Shown: positions 28,835 to 37,401 of the stretch, piece by piece
Layout: every line of letters starts with the position of its first letter
Position numbering within the stretch: the stretch's first letter is position 1
Origin: Acidimicrobiaceae bacterium
GTDB lineage: Bacteria; Actinomycetota; Acidimicrobiia; Actinomarinales; Actinomarinaceae
Reading direction: 5' to 3'
NCBI GenBank assembly: GCA_028344675.1
Contig: JAOMBT010000004.1
Span: 4,692-68,691, forward strand
DNA length: 64,000 bases
Position numbers and translations under genes: made by a program
Notes under the pieces: model-generated
The model's input: the letters and a program-made list of their open reading frames with translations, nothing else
What the model was told of the DNA's origin: nothing
Databases searched by the model: none

Positions 28835-29932
28835 ATGATATATTTTTTAGCACATTCAGATTGGATACTTTTTAATTCAAGAAAAGAAATAGCAACACAT
28901 TTAAATGAACTGGATTATTCAGTTAATGCTATAACAACTGAAGAGGCATATAAGGAAGATTTAAAAAAGTACTTTAATAGCTTCTATAAGTGGAAAGTTG
29001 ATAGAAATAAACTTGTTGACTTAAAAGGGATAATTAATCTTAGAAAAATTTTAAAACAGCTTACTGAAAACGATATATTACATGTTTTTACACTTAAATC
29101 TGGATTGTATGTCTTATTTGCCTCCCATTTTATGAAAAAAAAATATAGAGTTGTATTATCTATTACCGGTCTAGGATATTTATTTTCAAAAAATAACGGC
29201 AGCAAAGTCTTAAGGAATATTTTGAGATTTTATATGAAATATTTTTTTAATAGAAATATTGATGTACTAATTTTCCAAAATCACAAAGATGAAAAAGTAT
29301 TTAAAAACTATTTAAATTATAAAAATCAAACATTTCTAATTAAAGGTAGCGGTTTAAACTTACCAAGTTTTTCTTTAAAGAGTTACGAAGATAGTAGGGA
29401 TAAAGAAATAAAAATTATTATGTGTTGTAGATTACTAAAAGATAAAGGGATTGATGAATATTTCAAATTAACGCAATTGTTTGATAATAATAAATACAAA
29501 TTCTATTTAGCTGGCAATGTAGATCCAGGAAACCCTTCGTCATATTCTCAAAGGGATATAGTAAATCTTACAAAGAAATTTAATATCGAATATTTAGGAT
29601 GGATAAATACAACAAAAGAACTTAAAAATTTTGATATTTCTGTTTGCATGTCCTATCACGAAGGTCTGCCAAGAATAGTTTTAGAGTCTCTCTATATTGG
29701 TTTATATACTATATCTAATAATTTACCTGGATTGAGAAATATATTTGATGAATATGACAATGGAATATTGATAAGCGAAAACAATTTATTAGAGTTTCGT
29801 AATGCAATTACAAATTTTGTAGAGATAGAAAATATCACAAACAAAATACAGTATTCACGACAAAAAGTAACAGCTAATTTTTCAACTGAAACAATTGTTG
29901 AAGAATTTATAAAAGTATATAAAATATTATGA
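28835..29932 (+). CDS. Glycosyltransferase family 4
   Basis: SYHEGLPRIVLESLYIGLYTISNNLPGLRNIF is the E-x7-E region. Confidence 0.75.
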   Translation: MIYFLAHSDWILFNSRKEIATHLNELDYSVNAITTEEAYKEDLKKYFNSFYKWKVDRNKLVDLKGIINLRKILKQLTENDILHVFTLKSGLYVLFASHFMKKKYRVVLSITGLGYLFSKNNGSKVLRNILRFYMKYFFNRNIDVLIFQNHKDEKVFKNYLNYKNQTFLIKGSGLNLPSFSLKSYEDSRDKEIKIIMCCRLLKDKGIDEYFKLTQLFDNNKYKFYLAGNVDPGNPSSYSQRDIVNLTKKFNIEYLGWINTTKELKNFDISVCMSYHEGLPRIVLESLYIGLYTISNNLPGLRNIFDEYDNGILISENNLLEFRNAITNFVEIENITNKIQYSRQKVTANFSTETIVEEFIKVYKIL

Positions 29933-30963
29933 AAGAATTTCAACTTTCCATCTTTGTAGTATTCTTTATTGGTCTATTCATTTCACTGGTATTAAACAAA
30001 TTGTCACTAAGTTTTAAGGGGTATTTTAAACAAGGTAATAGAGAGGATGAAATCAGATTATCAAATGTAAAAATACCAACGTTTGGTGGAATATCTATGT
30101 CTTTAGCTTTTTTGATATCGATAAGACTTCTTGGGAAAGTTGATTCTGAAATTATTCAGATTGCTATCTATGCAGTTTTTATCACCTTAATAGGTTTCCT
30201 TGATGATAGATATAATTTAAATTGGAAACTAAAACTGTCTTTACAATTTTTTGCTGTAAGTACACCTATTTATTTACTTAACATATATCTAAATATTGAA
30301 ATGCTGATAGGTGTAAATTTTAGTAATAATTTGAATATTTTAATCACTATTATTTGGATAATACTTTTAGTTAATTCTTTAAATTTTTTAGACAATATGG
30401 ATGGTTTAGCTGCAACTACTGCAACGATGATAGCGTTCAGTCTTGCGATTCTAAGTTACATTACAAATCAATACAAATTGACAGATATTTCCGTCGTTTT
30501 AATAGCATCAATGCTGGGGTTTTTAATTTATAATTTGCCAGATGCAAGGCTCTATATGGGTGATTCTGGGAGTCTTTTTATAGGCTATTGCCTTGGTTTT
30601 ATAAGTGTGTTATTTTCTTGGAATAACAGTATTGAAAGTTCTTGGATTTTTCAAATTCAGCCAGTAATTTTGTTTTTTACAATACCCCTTATTGATTTCA
30701 CGACTGTGATAATTTCTAGAATTAAACAGGGTAAATCACCAATGACTGGCGGTACTGATCATATTTCGCATAGGTTATTAAAAAAAGGGTACTCAAATAA
30801 TCAAGTATTAATAATTTTTATATTCATGTCAATAATTGTACTAGTAGTAACTATGGGGATTCTTTATCTTAACCAAACATTGTCTTTTTTATTCTTGATT
30901 CTGTATGCGTTCTTGGTATTTGCAGCTTTGTTCTATTTCCTTAGATTAGAAATTCTAAATTAG
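29929..30963 (+). CDS. wecA: Polyprenol-phosphate N-acetylhexosamine-1-phosphate transferase (WecA/TagO, MraY-like family)
   Basis: About 10-11 TM segments. Contains DDRYNL, NFLDNMDGLA and MGDSGSLFIGY, the Glycos_transf_4 motifs. Confidence 0.85.
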   Translation: MKEFQLSIFVVFFIGLFISLVLNKLSLSFKGYFKQGNREDEIRLSNVKIPTFGGISMSLAFLISIRLLGKVDSEIIQIAIYAVFITLIGFLDDRYNLNWKLKLSLQFFAVSTPIYLLNIYLNIEMLIGVNFSNNLNILITIIWIILLVNSLNFLDNMDGLAATTATMIAFSLAILSYITNQYKLTDISVVLIASMLGFLIYNLPDARLYMGDSGSLFIGYCLGFISVLFSWNNSIESSWIFQIQPVILFFTIPLIDFTTVIISRIKQGKSPMTGGTDHISHRLLKKGYSNNQVLIIFIFMSIIVLVVTMGILYLNQTLSFLFLILYAFLVFAALFYFLRLEILN

Positions 30964-31659
30964 GCTTTCGTATTTTTCTACCGCCTCCGGAGTTCCAGCA
31001 TCTATCCACCATCCATTGATAATTTGATAGCTTAAATTATCAATATTTAAATATCTAGTAAGCAAACTCGTAATTTCATACTCTCCTCTAGAGGATGGTT
31101 CAATAGATTTAATATATTCAAAGCAATTCCCATCTAGAAAATAAAAGCCTACTGCAATCAAATTTGATTTAGGTAATTTTGGTTTTTCTTCAAATGATAA
31201 TATATTATTGTTAGCTAGCTCAACTACACCAAATTCCTGAGGGTTCTCAACTTCCATCAAAAATACAGTAGGTTTTTCTGATTCATAATTTGTATCTAAA
31301 ATTGGATTAAATTCAAAAAAATTATCACCTAGTATATAAAAAACTTTTGAGTTTTTTTCTACCTTTTCGTTTGCCTGAAGTAGTGCATGGGCAACCCCTA
31401 GTTGCTCATCTTGAATTACATATTCAATATTTTGATTTGGAAAATTTTTACATACTTCGTTTTTAATTAAATCATCAAAATTTGGATTAGTAATAATTAT
31501 GAAATTATCAAGACCCCAGGAAATAAGCTGCTTTAATTGGTGGGTTATCATAGCTTCTCCATTAATTTGTAAAAGCATTTTAGTAGCATCATTTTTTCTG
31601 AAATTTAGTAATCGCTTTCCTAAACCGCCTGCAGCAATAACTGTGTAAATTTTTGTCAT
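30955..31659 (-). CDS. Sugar-1-phosphate nucleotidyltransferase (RmlA/GalU-like, short form)
   Basis: IAAGGLGKRL, LGVAHAL, EKPKLPKSN and RGEYEITS are NTP_transferase motifs. Confidence 0.75.
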   Translation of the reverse strand: MTKIYTVIAAGGLGKRLLNFRKNDATKMLLQINGEAMITHQLKQLISWGLDNFIIITNPNFDDLIKNEVCKNFPNQNIEYVIQDEQLGVAHALLQANEKVEKNSKVFYILGDNFFEFNPILDTNYESEKPTVFLMEVENPQEFGVVELANNNILSFEEKPKLPKSNLIAVGFYFLDGNCFEYIKSIEPSSRGEYEITSLLTRYLNIDNLSYQIINGWWIDAGTPEAVEKYESLI

Positions 31660-31715
31660 AATTTATCTTTTTATATCTTTTAATTAACTCCTATGATTAT
31701 AGTTGTTGTTTGGAA

Positions 31716-32828
31716 ATGAAAAATAGAAATATATTATTGGGTATTGTTATTATTGCTATTTCTGTTGGTGGTGTATTAATCTACAATCTAATTCCACAAT
31801 TTGAAACTACTGAATTTGATCAAGAATCAATTATCCAAATAAGTGAAGGTGCTACGACAACTATTAGTTCATCAGATACTTCACCAAGTACAACTACTAC
31901 AGATGTTTTTGATGAAGAACTAATTGATATTCAACCTTCAAAAATTCAAACTATACTTGCAAATAATTCTACAAATGACATATCTGAATATTTTGAAACC
32001 TATCTATTAGTAGGTTCCGATAAAAGAAGTAAAGATAGTTCACTTTCAAGAGGATTTGTGCCAGGTCAGAGAGCAGATGTTATTATCCTTGCCCTAATCA
32101 GCAAGGATGATGAATCAGTCTCATTAGTCTCACTTCCAAGAGATTTACTCATAAAAAACCCTTGTACAGACGAGATACAAAGAATTAATTCAACTTTTCA
32201 AAAAAATGATTGTGGTAATGCAGCTGAAAATTTGTCTGCAACTATTTTAAATGTTACTGGTTTACTTGTAGATAATTTTGCATTGTTTACTTTCGAAGGT
32301 TTTGAAAAGATTATTGATGCATTAAATGGAGTAGAGATATGTCTACAAAAAGCACAGAGAGAGGGTTACTCATTTGAGCTTAATGCAGGATGTCAGATAG
32401 CTAAAGGTAGTGTTGCTTTGAATTGGGTTGTCTCAAGAAACACTGAAATAATGGTTGGCGAAAAAATACTAGATGAAAATGGAAATGATGCTTCAATTTG
32501 GGAACCAATGGCTGGAATAAGTGATTTGTATAGAGTAAAAAAACAACAAGAAATAGTAATTTCTTTACTAAACAGATTGAATGAGTTTAATTCATACACC
32601 GACTTATATAATCTAATTAAAGCTTTAGAACTAACCTTCACAATTGATGAAAACTTAACAATTCCTAATGCTACTCAATTATTGTGGGGGTATAGAAATT
32701 TTAATTTTGCTGAAGTGACAAAACTTACAGTTCCAACTCAACCTTATAGAACTCAAGATGGCAAGGAAGTTCTAGTATTAACAGAAAATTTCTATAATTT
32801 TATAATTTCTCAAGATCTTCTTGATTAA
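31716..32828 (+). CDS. LytR-CpsA-Psr (LCP) family glycopolymer-to-peptidoglycan phosphotransferase
   Basis: N-terminal TM anchor, a Ser/Thr-rich linker (SSSDTSPSTTTT), then YLLVGSDKRS, RADVIILALI and SLPRDL. ATG 31716 is preferred to TTG 31710. Confidence 0.85.
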   Translation: MKNRNILLGIVIIAISVGGVLIYNLIPQFETTEFDQESIIQISEGATTTISSSDTSPSTTTTDVFDEELIDIQPSKIQTILANNSTNDISEYFETYLLVGSDKRSKDSSLSRGFVPGQRADVIILALISKDDESVSLVSLPRDLLIKNPCTDEIQRINSTFQKNDCGNAAENLSATILNVTGLLVDNFALFTFEGFEKIIDALNGVEICLQKAQREGYSFELNAGCQIAKGSVALNWVVSRNTEIMVGEKILDENGNDASIWEPMAGISDLYRVKKQQEIVISLLNRLNEFNSYTDLYNLIKALELTFTIDENLTIPNATQLLWGYRNFNFAEVTKLTVPTQPYRTQDGKEVLVLTENFYNFIISQDLLD

Positions 32829-35238
32829 TTTTTGAATCTTTTAATCCAAGTAAAAGTGTAAATAATATCATTGCATCAGGAGAGTAAATCAAATCATTTG
32901 TAATATTGTGAATTAAAAAATAAAGTAGGCAAATATTTAAAATTATTAAAGAATCATTTTTTTTATAATTAAATTTTTTAAATACTAGATAAATAAGTGG
33001 TGTAAAAAAAATTAATCCCTTTAATAACCCATATTCAACAAAAAAAGTTAGATACCCATTATGAGCAGTTGTAAGTTGGCTTAAAAAAGCACTACTAACT
33101 ATAGGTGCTTGATCATTATCAAGCTTCCCATTTTTTTGAACTAAAACACCTGACCTTAGACTCATGTCCCCTACTTGATTCACATATTCACCATCTGAAT
33201 TTGTCCAACTTAAAAATAGTCTTCCATCATCAATATCTACTTTCCAAGACTGAACATCATCAGTAAACGCAGAGGTATTTGAAATTAGTGTTTGAGTTTC
33301 CCAAGGAATTTCAGGTAATGAAACTTCCAAAATAATTTCAAAATCTTCATTAAAATTAAATTCGTTATCTATAGCTAGCCAGTATTTATTTGGTCTAAGT
33401 AGTTGAATGCCATTATCATCAAAAATAACATTTCCCTTATATTTTCTTAAAGAATTTACTTCATAAAGAGAATATTCATTATTTAGTCCATTTTTTTCGA
33501 AATTAATTTTTTTAATCTTATCATCATTTATTATTTCAAGAGATTTTACACTTCCATCTAGCCAAGTATTACCAAAAGATTGTCCATCAACAAATCCTCC
33601 TATTTCGATAACACCATCATTTTTATTGAATTCAATAATTTCACCTGTATAGTGTGGAAAACCTACCAAATCCCAACTGACTCCATCTCCAGATGTATAA
33701 AAGCTAATTTTTGACCTAGGTAATAAATAATCATATTTGTCATATGCTATTTTTATAAAACCCTTTATATTTCTAAATTCACACTCATTACAAATCTTGT
33801 AAAGATTTTCTTCTGGTAATACAGTATTTCTTATAAATAAAGATTCAGTAATTACAGCTAATTCGCCAATTGCTAATGGTCTGTCTTTACATGAGTAAAC
33901 CTTATTAACCTCGCATTCAACAAATATATTATTCGAGTACAAATAACTAAAATATGAATTATGCAAACTTTCTTTATCTATATCCTCGAAACTAAATATC
34001 TGAAAATCTGAAGATAAAATTCTTAATTCGTATGCTATACAAGCAAATTCGCCTCTAGTAACTAAATTTTGATCATTATTAGCTCTACAATTATTAAGAA
34101 CAGTTTCGAGTTTTATATTATTACTAATATCAAAAATTTGAAGAAAATTTAATACTGTGTCAGCGTCAACTCTAAAATATTGACATGTGTCTCTGTCATC
34201 AGAACATGGTTTTGTAATGAAATACTGCTGTAAGATTTCAAAACCACCACCAGATGTTCCAATAAAAAAGTCTATATCAGTATCTCTATATTCTTCAGGG
34301 GTTATCCCCAACTCAACTTTATTTAATTTAATATTTAAGTTCTCTTCAAGTATTTCTGGATTAATCGATAATAAATAAGGCTCATAGATTTTATTTATAT
34401 ACTCCCCACCACCAACACCATCGAATACTTCTATATTTGAAATAGCAATATTAGCAAGTAAAGATCGGTCATTTTCTTTTAATATATAACTTGACGGACC
34501 AAAATACAATAAGCTCATAACAATTGCAGCTAACCCAGATACATAAAAAATTTGAATTTTTGTAGAATTAATTTTTAAAAATATGAATACGATTGATACA
34601 AATATAAATGCTAAGTAACTACCTCTTGAAAAAGTTAATAAAAATAAAAATAAATTTATAAAAGCAAAAGAAAAATAATACTTTTTATCAGTAGTTTTAT
34701 AAGTGTAAAAAAACAAAATAGATAACAGTCCAAAAATTGTTCCAGCAACATTGGGGCCAGAACCTTGAAATCCAGAAAGCCTTCCAGATAAAAATATATT
34801 TGTAGTATCAGAATAATTTGTAATCCATCCTATAGAATTTCCTAAAAAAGATTGTTGGGTTAAGAATGCTGCAATGCTAAAAATACTTACAATGATTAAA
34901 GAATCAAAAATTACCGATATTTCACTATCACTTAATTTATTAAGGACTTTTTTGAATAAAAAGCCAAGTGTTACGTAAAGTACAAACCTAAGAGTTGTTG
35001 TGTTGAATCCATCAAAAATAAAAAATAAAATTAAACAAAAAATTGTAAATATCCATGCAAAATCTTCTTTTTTCTTTATCTCGAAATTTTTAAATGATAG
35101 AAATAATAGATAAATAAATAACAAAATTATTGGAATATCTGAAAATTCTAAAATTGCAATTTTTCCAATACTAGGGGGAATTATTAGAGAAAGACTAAGT
35201 AGGCTTCCAATCAATCTTAAGCTTGTATTTTTATACAT
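32800..35238 (-). CDS. 812-aa Wzy_C/O-antigen-ligase-like membrane protein with a roughly 480-aa extracytoplasmic insertion (Cys-rich region plus concanavalin/LamG-like beta-sandwich sequence)
   Basis: Residues 1-246 have about 9 TM segments, including FSRGSYLAFIF. Residues ~247-725 are hydrophilic with 8 Cys, and include ...FEIILEVSLPEIPWETQTLISNTS...WKVDIDDGRLFLSWTNSDGEY, a LamG_3-like pattern. Then come AHNGYLTFFVEYGLLKGL plus 2-3 C-terminal TM segments. Confidence 0.6.
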   Translation of the reverse strand: MYKNTSLRLIGSLLSLSLIIPPSIGKIAILEFSDIPIILLFIYLLFLSFKNFEIKKKEDFAWIFTIFCLILFFIFDGFNTTTLRFVLYVTLGFLFKKVLNKLSDSEISVIFDSLIIVSIFSIAAFLTQQSFLGNSIGWITNYSDTTNIFLSGRLSGFQGSGPNVAGTIFGLLSILFFYTYKTTDKKYYFSFAFINLFLFLLTFSRGSYLAFIFVSIVFIFLKINSTKIQIFYVSGLAAIVMSLLYFGPSSYILKENDRSLLANIAISNIEVFDGVGGGEYINKIYEPYLLSINPEILEENLNIKLNKVELGITPEEYRDTDIDFFIGTSGGGFEILQQYFITKPCSDDRDTCQYFRVDADTVLNFLQIFDISNNIKLETVLNNCRANNDQNLVTRGEFACIAYELRILSSDFQIFSFEDIDKESLHNSYFSYLYSNNIFVECEVNKVYSCKDRPLAIGELAVITESLFIRNTVLPEENLYKICNECEFRNIKGFIKIAYDKYDYLLPRSKISFYTSGDGVSWDLVGFPHYTGEIIEFNKNDGVIEIGGFVDGQSFGNTWLDGSVKSLEIINDDKIKKINFEKNGLNNEYSLYEVNSLRKYKGNVIFDDNGIQLLRPNKYWLAIDNEFNFNEDFEIILEVSLPEIPWETQTLISNTSAFTDDVQSWKVDIDDGRLFLSWTNSDGEYVNQVGDMSLRSGVLVQKNGKLDNDQAPIVSSAFLSQLTTAHNGYLTFFVEYGLLKGLIFFTPLIYLVFKKFNYKKNDSLIILNICLLYFLIHNITNDLIYSPDAMILFTLLLGLKDSKINQEDLEKL

Positions 35239-35255
35239 TTGTTTTTCTAAGCAAG

Positions 35256-35329
35256 TGGGCCTGGCAGGACTCGAACCTACGACCGACGGATTATGAGTCC
35301 GTTGCTCTAACCAACTGAGCTACAGGCCC
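35256..35329 (-). tRNA. tRNA-Met (anticodon CAT), elongator-type; a tRNA-Ile2 (lysidine) identity is not excluded
   Basis: The reverse complement folds as a cloverleaf: acceptor GGGCCTG/CAGGCCC, D-arm GCTC-AGTTGGTTA-GAGC, anticodon arm ACGGA-CTCATAA-TCCGT, T-loop GGTTCGAGTCC. G1:C72 and the absence of a 3xGC anticodon stem rule out an initiator. CCA is not encoded. Confidence 0.9.
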
Positions 35330-35335
35330 TAACTA

Positions 35336-35623
35336 TTAAGAAATTATTGACTGAACTTTAAGAGCCATACTCATATCACCGGCAACTTTTAATTTGCCTG
35401 TCATAAAAGCAGCTTGTGGACTAGAAGAACCTTCTATAATTCCATTCATGGTTTCACTGTCAGTTGTAATTGTGCATGTAGCTTCATTATCATCAGATGT
35501 AATTTCGCCACTTACGCCATCGATAAATACAATGTTATCGTCTGCAACAAACTTTACTGAGCCTCCAAGAACACTAAGATCTTTACCTTGAGCTTTTTCT
35601 TTTACTATTGCTAAATAATCCAT
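35336..35623 (-). CDS. SCP2 (sterol-carrier-protein-2-like) small lipid-binding domain protein
   Basis: 95 aa. The C-terminal FMTGKLKVAGDMSMALKVQSI matches the SCP2 'G-K-L-K-i-x-G-d-m-x-x-a-x-k' block. Confidence 0.6.
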   Translation of the reverse strand: MDYLAIVKEKAQGKDLSVLGGSVKFVADDNIVFIDGVSGEITSDDNEATCTITTDSETMNGIIEGSSSPQAAFMTGKLKVAGDMSMALKVQSIIS

Positions 35624-35667
35624 ATTCCTCCATTCAATTCAATTATAGTGACATTTTAAATGTAAAG

Positions 35668-35740
35668 CTCCGAGGGTGGGACTTGAACCCACAACCAACG
35701 GATTAACAGTCCGCTGCTCTGCCAATTGAGCTACCTCGGA
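35668..35740 (-). tRNA. tRNA-Asn (anticodon GTT)
   Basis: The reverse complement is TCCGAGGTAGCTCAATTGGCAGAGCAGCGGACTGTTAATCCGTTGGTTGTGGGTTCAAGTCCCACCCTCGGAG. It has acceptor TCCGAGG/CCTCGGA, anticodon loop CT-GTT-AA and T-loop GGTTCAAGTCC. Confidence 0.92.
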
Positions 35741-35763
35741 TAGCAAATTAATAATACTAGGAA

Positions 35764-37401
35764 TTAAAGGGTACTCTGATAAATTTCTATTTTCTTTTTA
35801 ATATCTTCAACAGATTGTAAAAGGGAAAAATCCTTATTTTGAGATGATTCAAACTCATCGATAAGTTTATCAATTTTTAAGTTTGCAAAATGCAAGTAAA
35901 GACGCGATATTGATTCAGAATATTGCTCCGGAGTATAAGAAATATTTGTATATTGATTATCTTTATCACCATTTTTTTTTAAATCATTTATAATTTTTGA
36001 AAATTCATCACTCATATTCAGAATTTCTGAAACTTGTTCATCAAGATAAAATTTATTTCTCAGAATATCAGCAGTAACAATGTCTTGAAATATTAAATGA
36101 GCACTAATACTTTTTGATGCTGGGGATGAGTCATATTTTTTTGTTTCATTTTTACTCTGAAAATTAAGTTCTTTTTTTAAGATATCTTTAGGTGTATTAA
36201 TTTTCTTAGAAAGTAAATCTAACGATACGTCAAGCTCCAGTGGGCTAAGGTGTTTTGATAATTTTTGAAAATAATCAAAGATACGCTGTTTATCTTTATC
36301 TTTTTCGAGAAATTTATCTAATAAAAACTCAACTAAATCAAAATTATCTTTCAACACATCTTTAAAAGATTCAGGATTATTTTCAAATAGTTCAGATAAA
36401 TCTTTATATTGAACTGGTAGATTTAAACAATGAATTTCTAACTTGCTACCTACTTGATTTCTTAATTCAACGACTCTTTCAGTAGCAACTAAACCTGCTT
36501 CATCATTATCAAAACATAATAGTATTTTTTTTGTATACCTTGATAAGACTTCTAATTGTTGAGTAGTTAATGCAGTACCCGATGGAGAAACAACATTTGA
36601 ATACCCTAGTTTGTTTAATGCAAGAACATCAAAATACCCTTCAACTAGAAAAACGTAACCTTTTTTTTTAATTGAAGAAATAAAGTCTTTCGTAAAATAT
36701 AAGTTTTTATTTTTTTTATACAACAATGACTCAGATGAATTTAAATATTTTGGTCCAAAGTCATCTAATGCTCTGCCTCCAAAGGCAACTATCTCTGTTC
36801 TAATATTTAGGATTGGAAATAAGATTCTATTTTTAAATAAAAAATTATCATTACTGCTCATAAATCCTAAACGTTTTAAATCTTGATTATTTATTTCATT
36901 ATTTTTGCAGTATTTTTTAAACTTCTCTAAGTCTGAATCTATAAAAGATACTCCATATTTTTTAATATCTGAAATATCAAATCCCCTTGACTTTAGATAA
37001 TCTATTGCTTTTTTAGATGCTTTTGATTCCATAGTTTCAATAAAATATTCGCTAATAATATTCATCTTGGACTGATATTTTTTAAAGTCCTCATTTTGTC
37101 CAGCGTCTGTGTAGGAAAGTTTAAAACCGTAATTATCAGCTACAAATTCTACCGCATCCTGAAATTCTATATTATTTATTTCCTGTACATATTTAAAAAC
37201 ATCACCACCCTCTTTACATCCAAAACAATGAAAGAGGTTTTCTACATCAGTAAAACTCATACTTGCAGTTTTTTCACCATGAAATGGACATAGAGCCATT
37301 CCCTTTGATCCTCTTAACTTTCCTGTTGTTGTAGAAAGAATAAAGTCACTAATTTTTGTTCTCTTCTTTAAATCTTCAATAGAATTTCTAGCTATACCCA
37401 T
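35764..37401 (-). CDS. dnaG: DNA primase
   Basis: CHC2 zinc finger CPFHGEKTASMSF...CFGC. Toprim block EGYFDV...DNDEAG. Confidence 0.93.
   Translation of the reverse strand: MGIARNSIEDLKKRTKISDFILSTTTGKLRGSKGMALCPFHGEKTASMSFTDVENLFHCFGCKEGGDVFKYVQEINNIEFQDAVEFVADNYGFKLSYTDAGQNEDFKKYQSKMNIISEYFIETMESKASKKAIDYLKSRGFDISDIKKYGVSFIDSDLEKFKKYCKNNEINNQDLKRLGFMSSNDNFLFKNRILFPILNIRTEIVAFGGRALDDFGPKYLNSSESLLYKKNKNLYFTKDFISSIKKKGYVFLVEGYFDVLALNKLGYSNVVSPSGTALTTQQLEVLSRYTKKILLCFDNDEAGLVATERVVELRNQVGSKLEIHCLNLPVQYKDLSELFENNPESFKDVLKDNFDLVEFLLDKFLEKDKDKQRIFDYFQKLSKHLSPLELDVSLDLLSKKINTPKDILKKELNFQSKNETKKYDSSPASKSISAHLIFQDIVTADILRNKFYLDEQVSEILNMSDEFSKIINDLKKNGDKDNQYTNISYTPEQYSESISRLYLHFANLKIDKLIDEFESSQNKDFSLLQSVEDIKKKIEIYQSTL

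Larger units (their letters stand above)
2423..35238. other. Cell-envelope glycan biosynthesis island (29 genes in 11 alternating-strand mini-operons)
   Basis: Every CDS between ppc and tRNA-Met is glycan-related (see the individual calls). There are 10 strand switches. No integrase or transposase was seen. Confidence 0.85.

Noticed and set aside
33900-34100. SLH-domain-like motifs (LVTRGEFACIAYELRIL and LAIGELAVITESLFI) in the insertion of the 812-aa protein.
   Set aside because: Only the short 'TRxEfa' core resembles S-layer-homology repeats. The preceding conserved half of an SLH repeat is not evident. The similarity is too weak to call without an HMM search.
35651-35663. Small palindrome ACATTT-T-AAATGT between tRNA-Asn and the SCP2 gene; considered as a terminator or processing hairpin.
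   Set aside because: It has a 6-bp stem that is almost entirely A/T (one G:C pair), a 1-nt loop and no U-tract context. It is not a credible intrinsic terminator.
35239-35763. Possibility that the glycan island is a tRNA-targeted integrative element or prophage remnant.
   Set aside because: I found no integrase, excisionase, transposase or phage gene anywhere in the window. I also saw no direct repeat of the tRNA-Met or tRNA-Asn 3' end at the ppc-side border (around 2400-2430).
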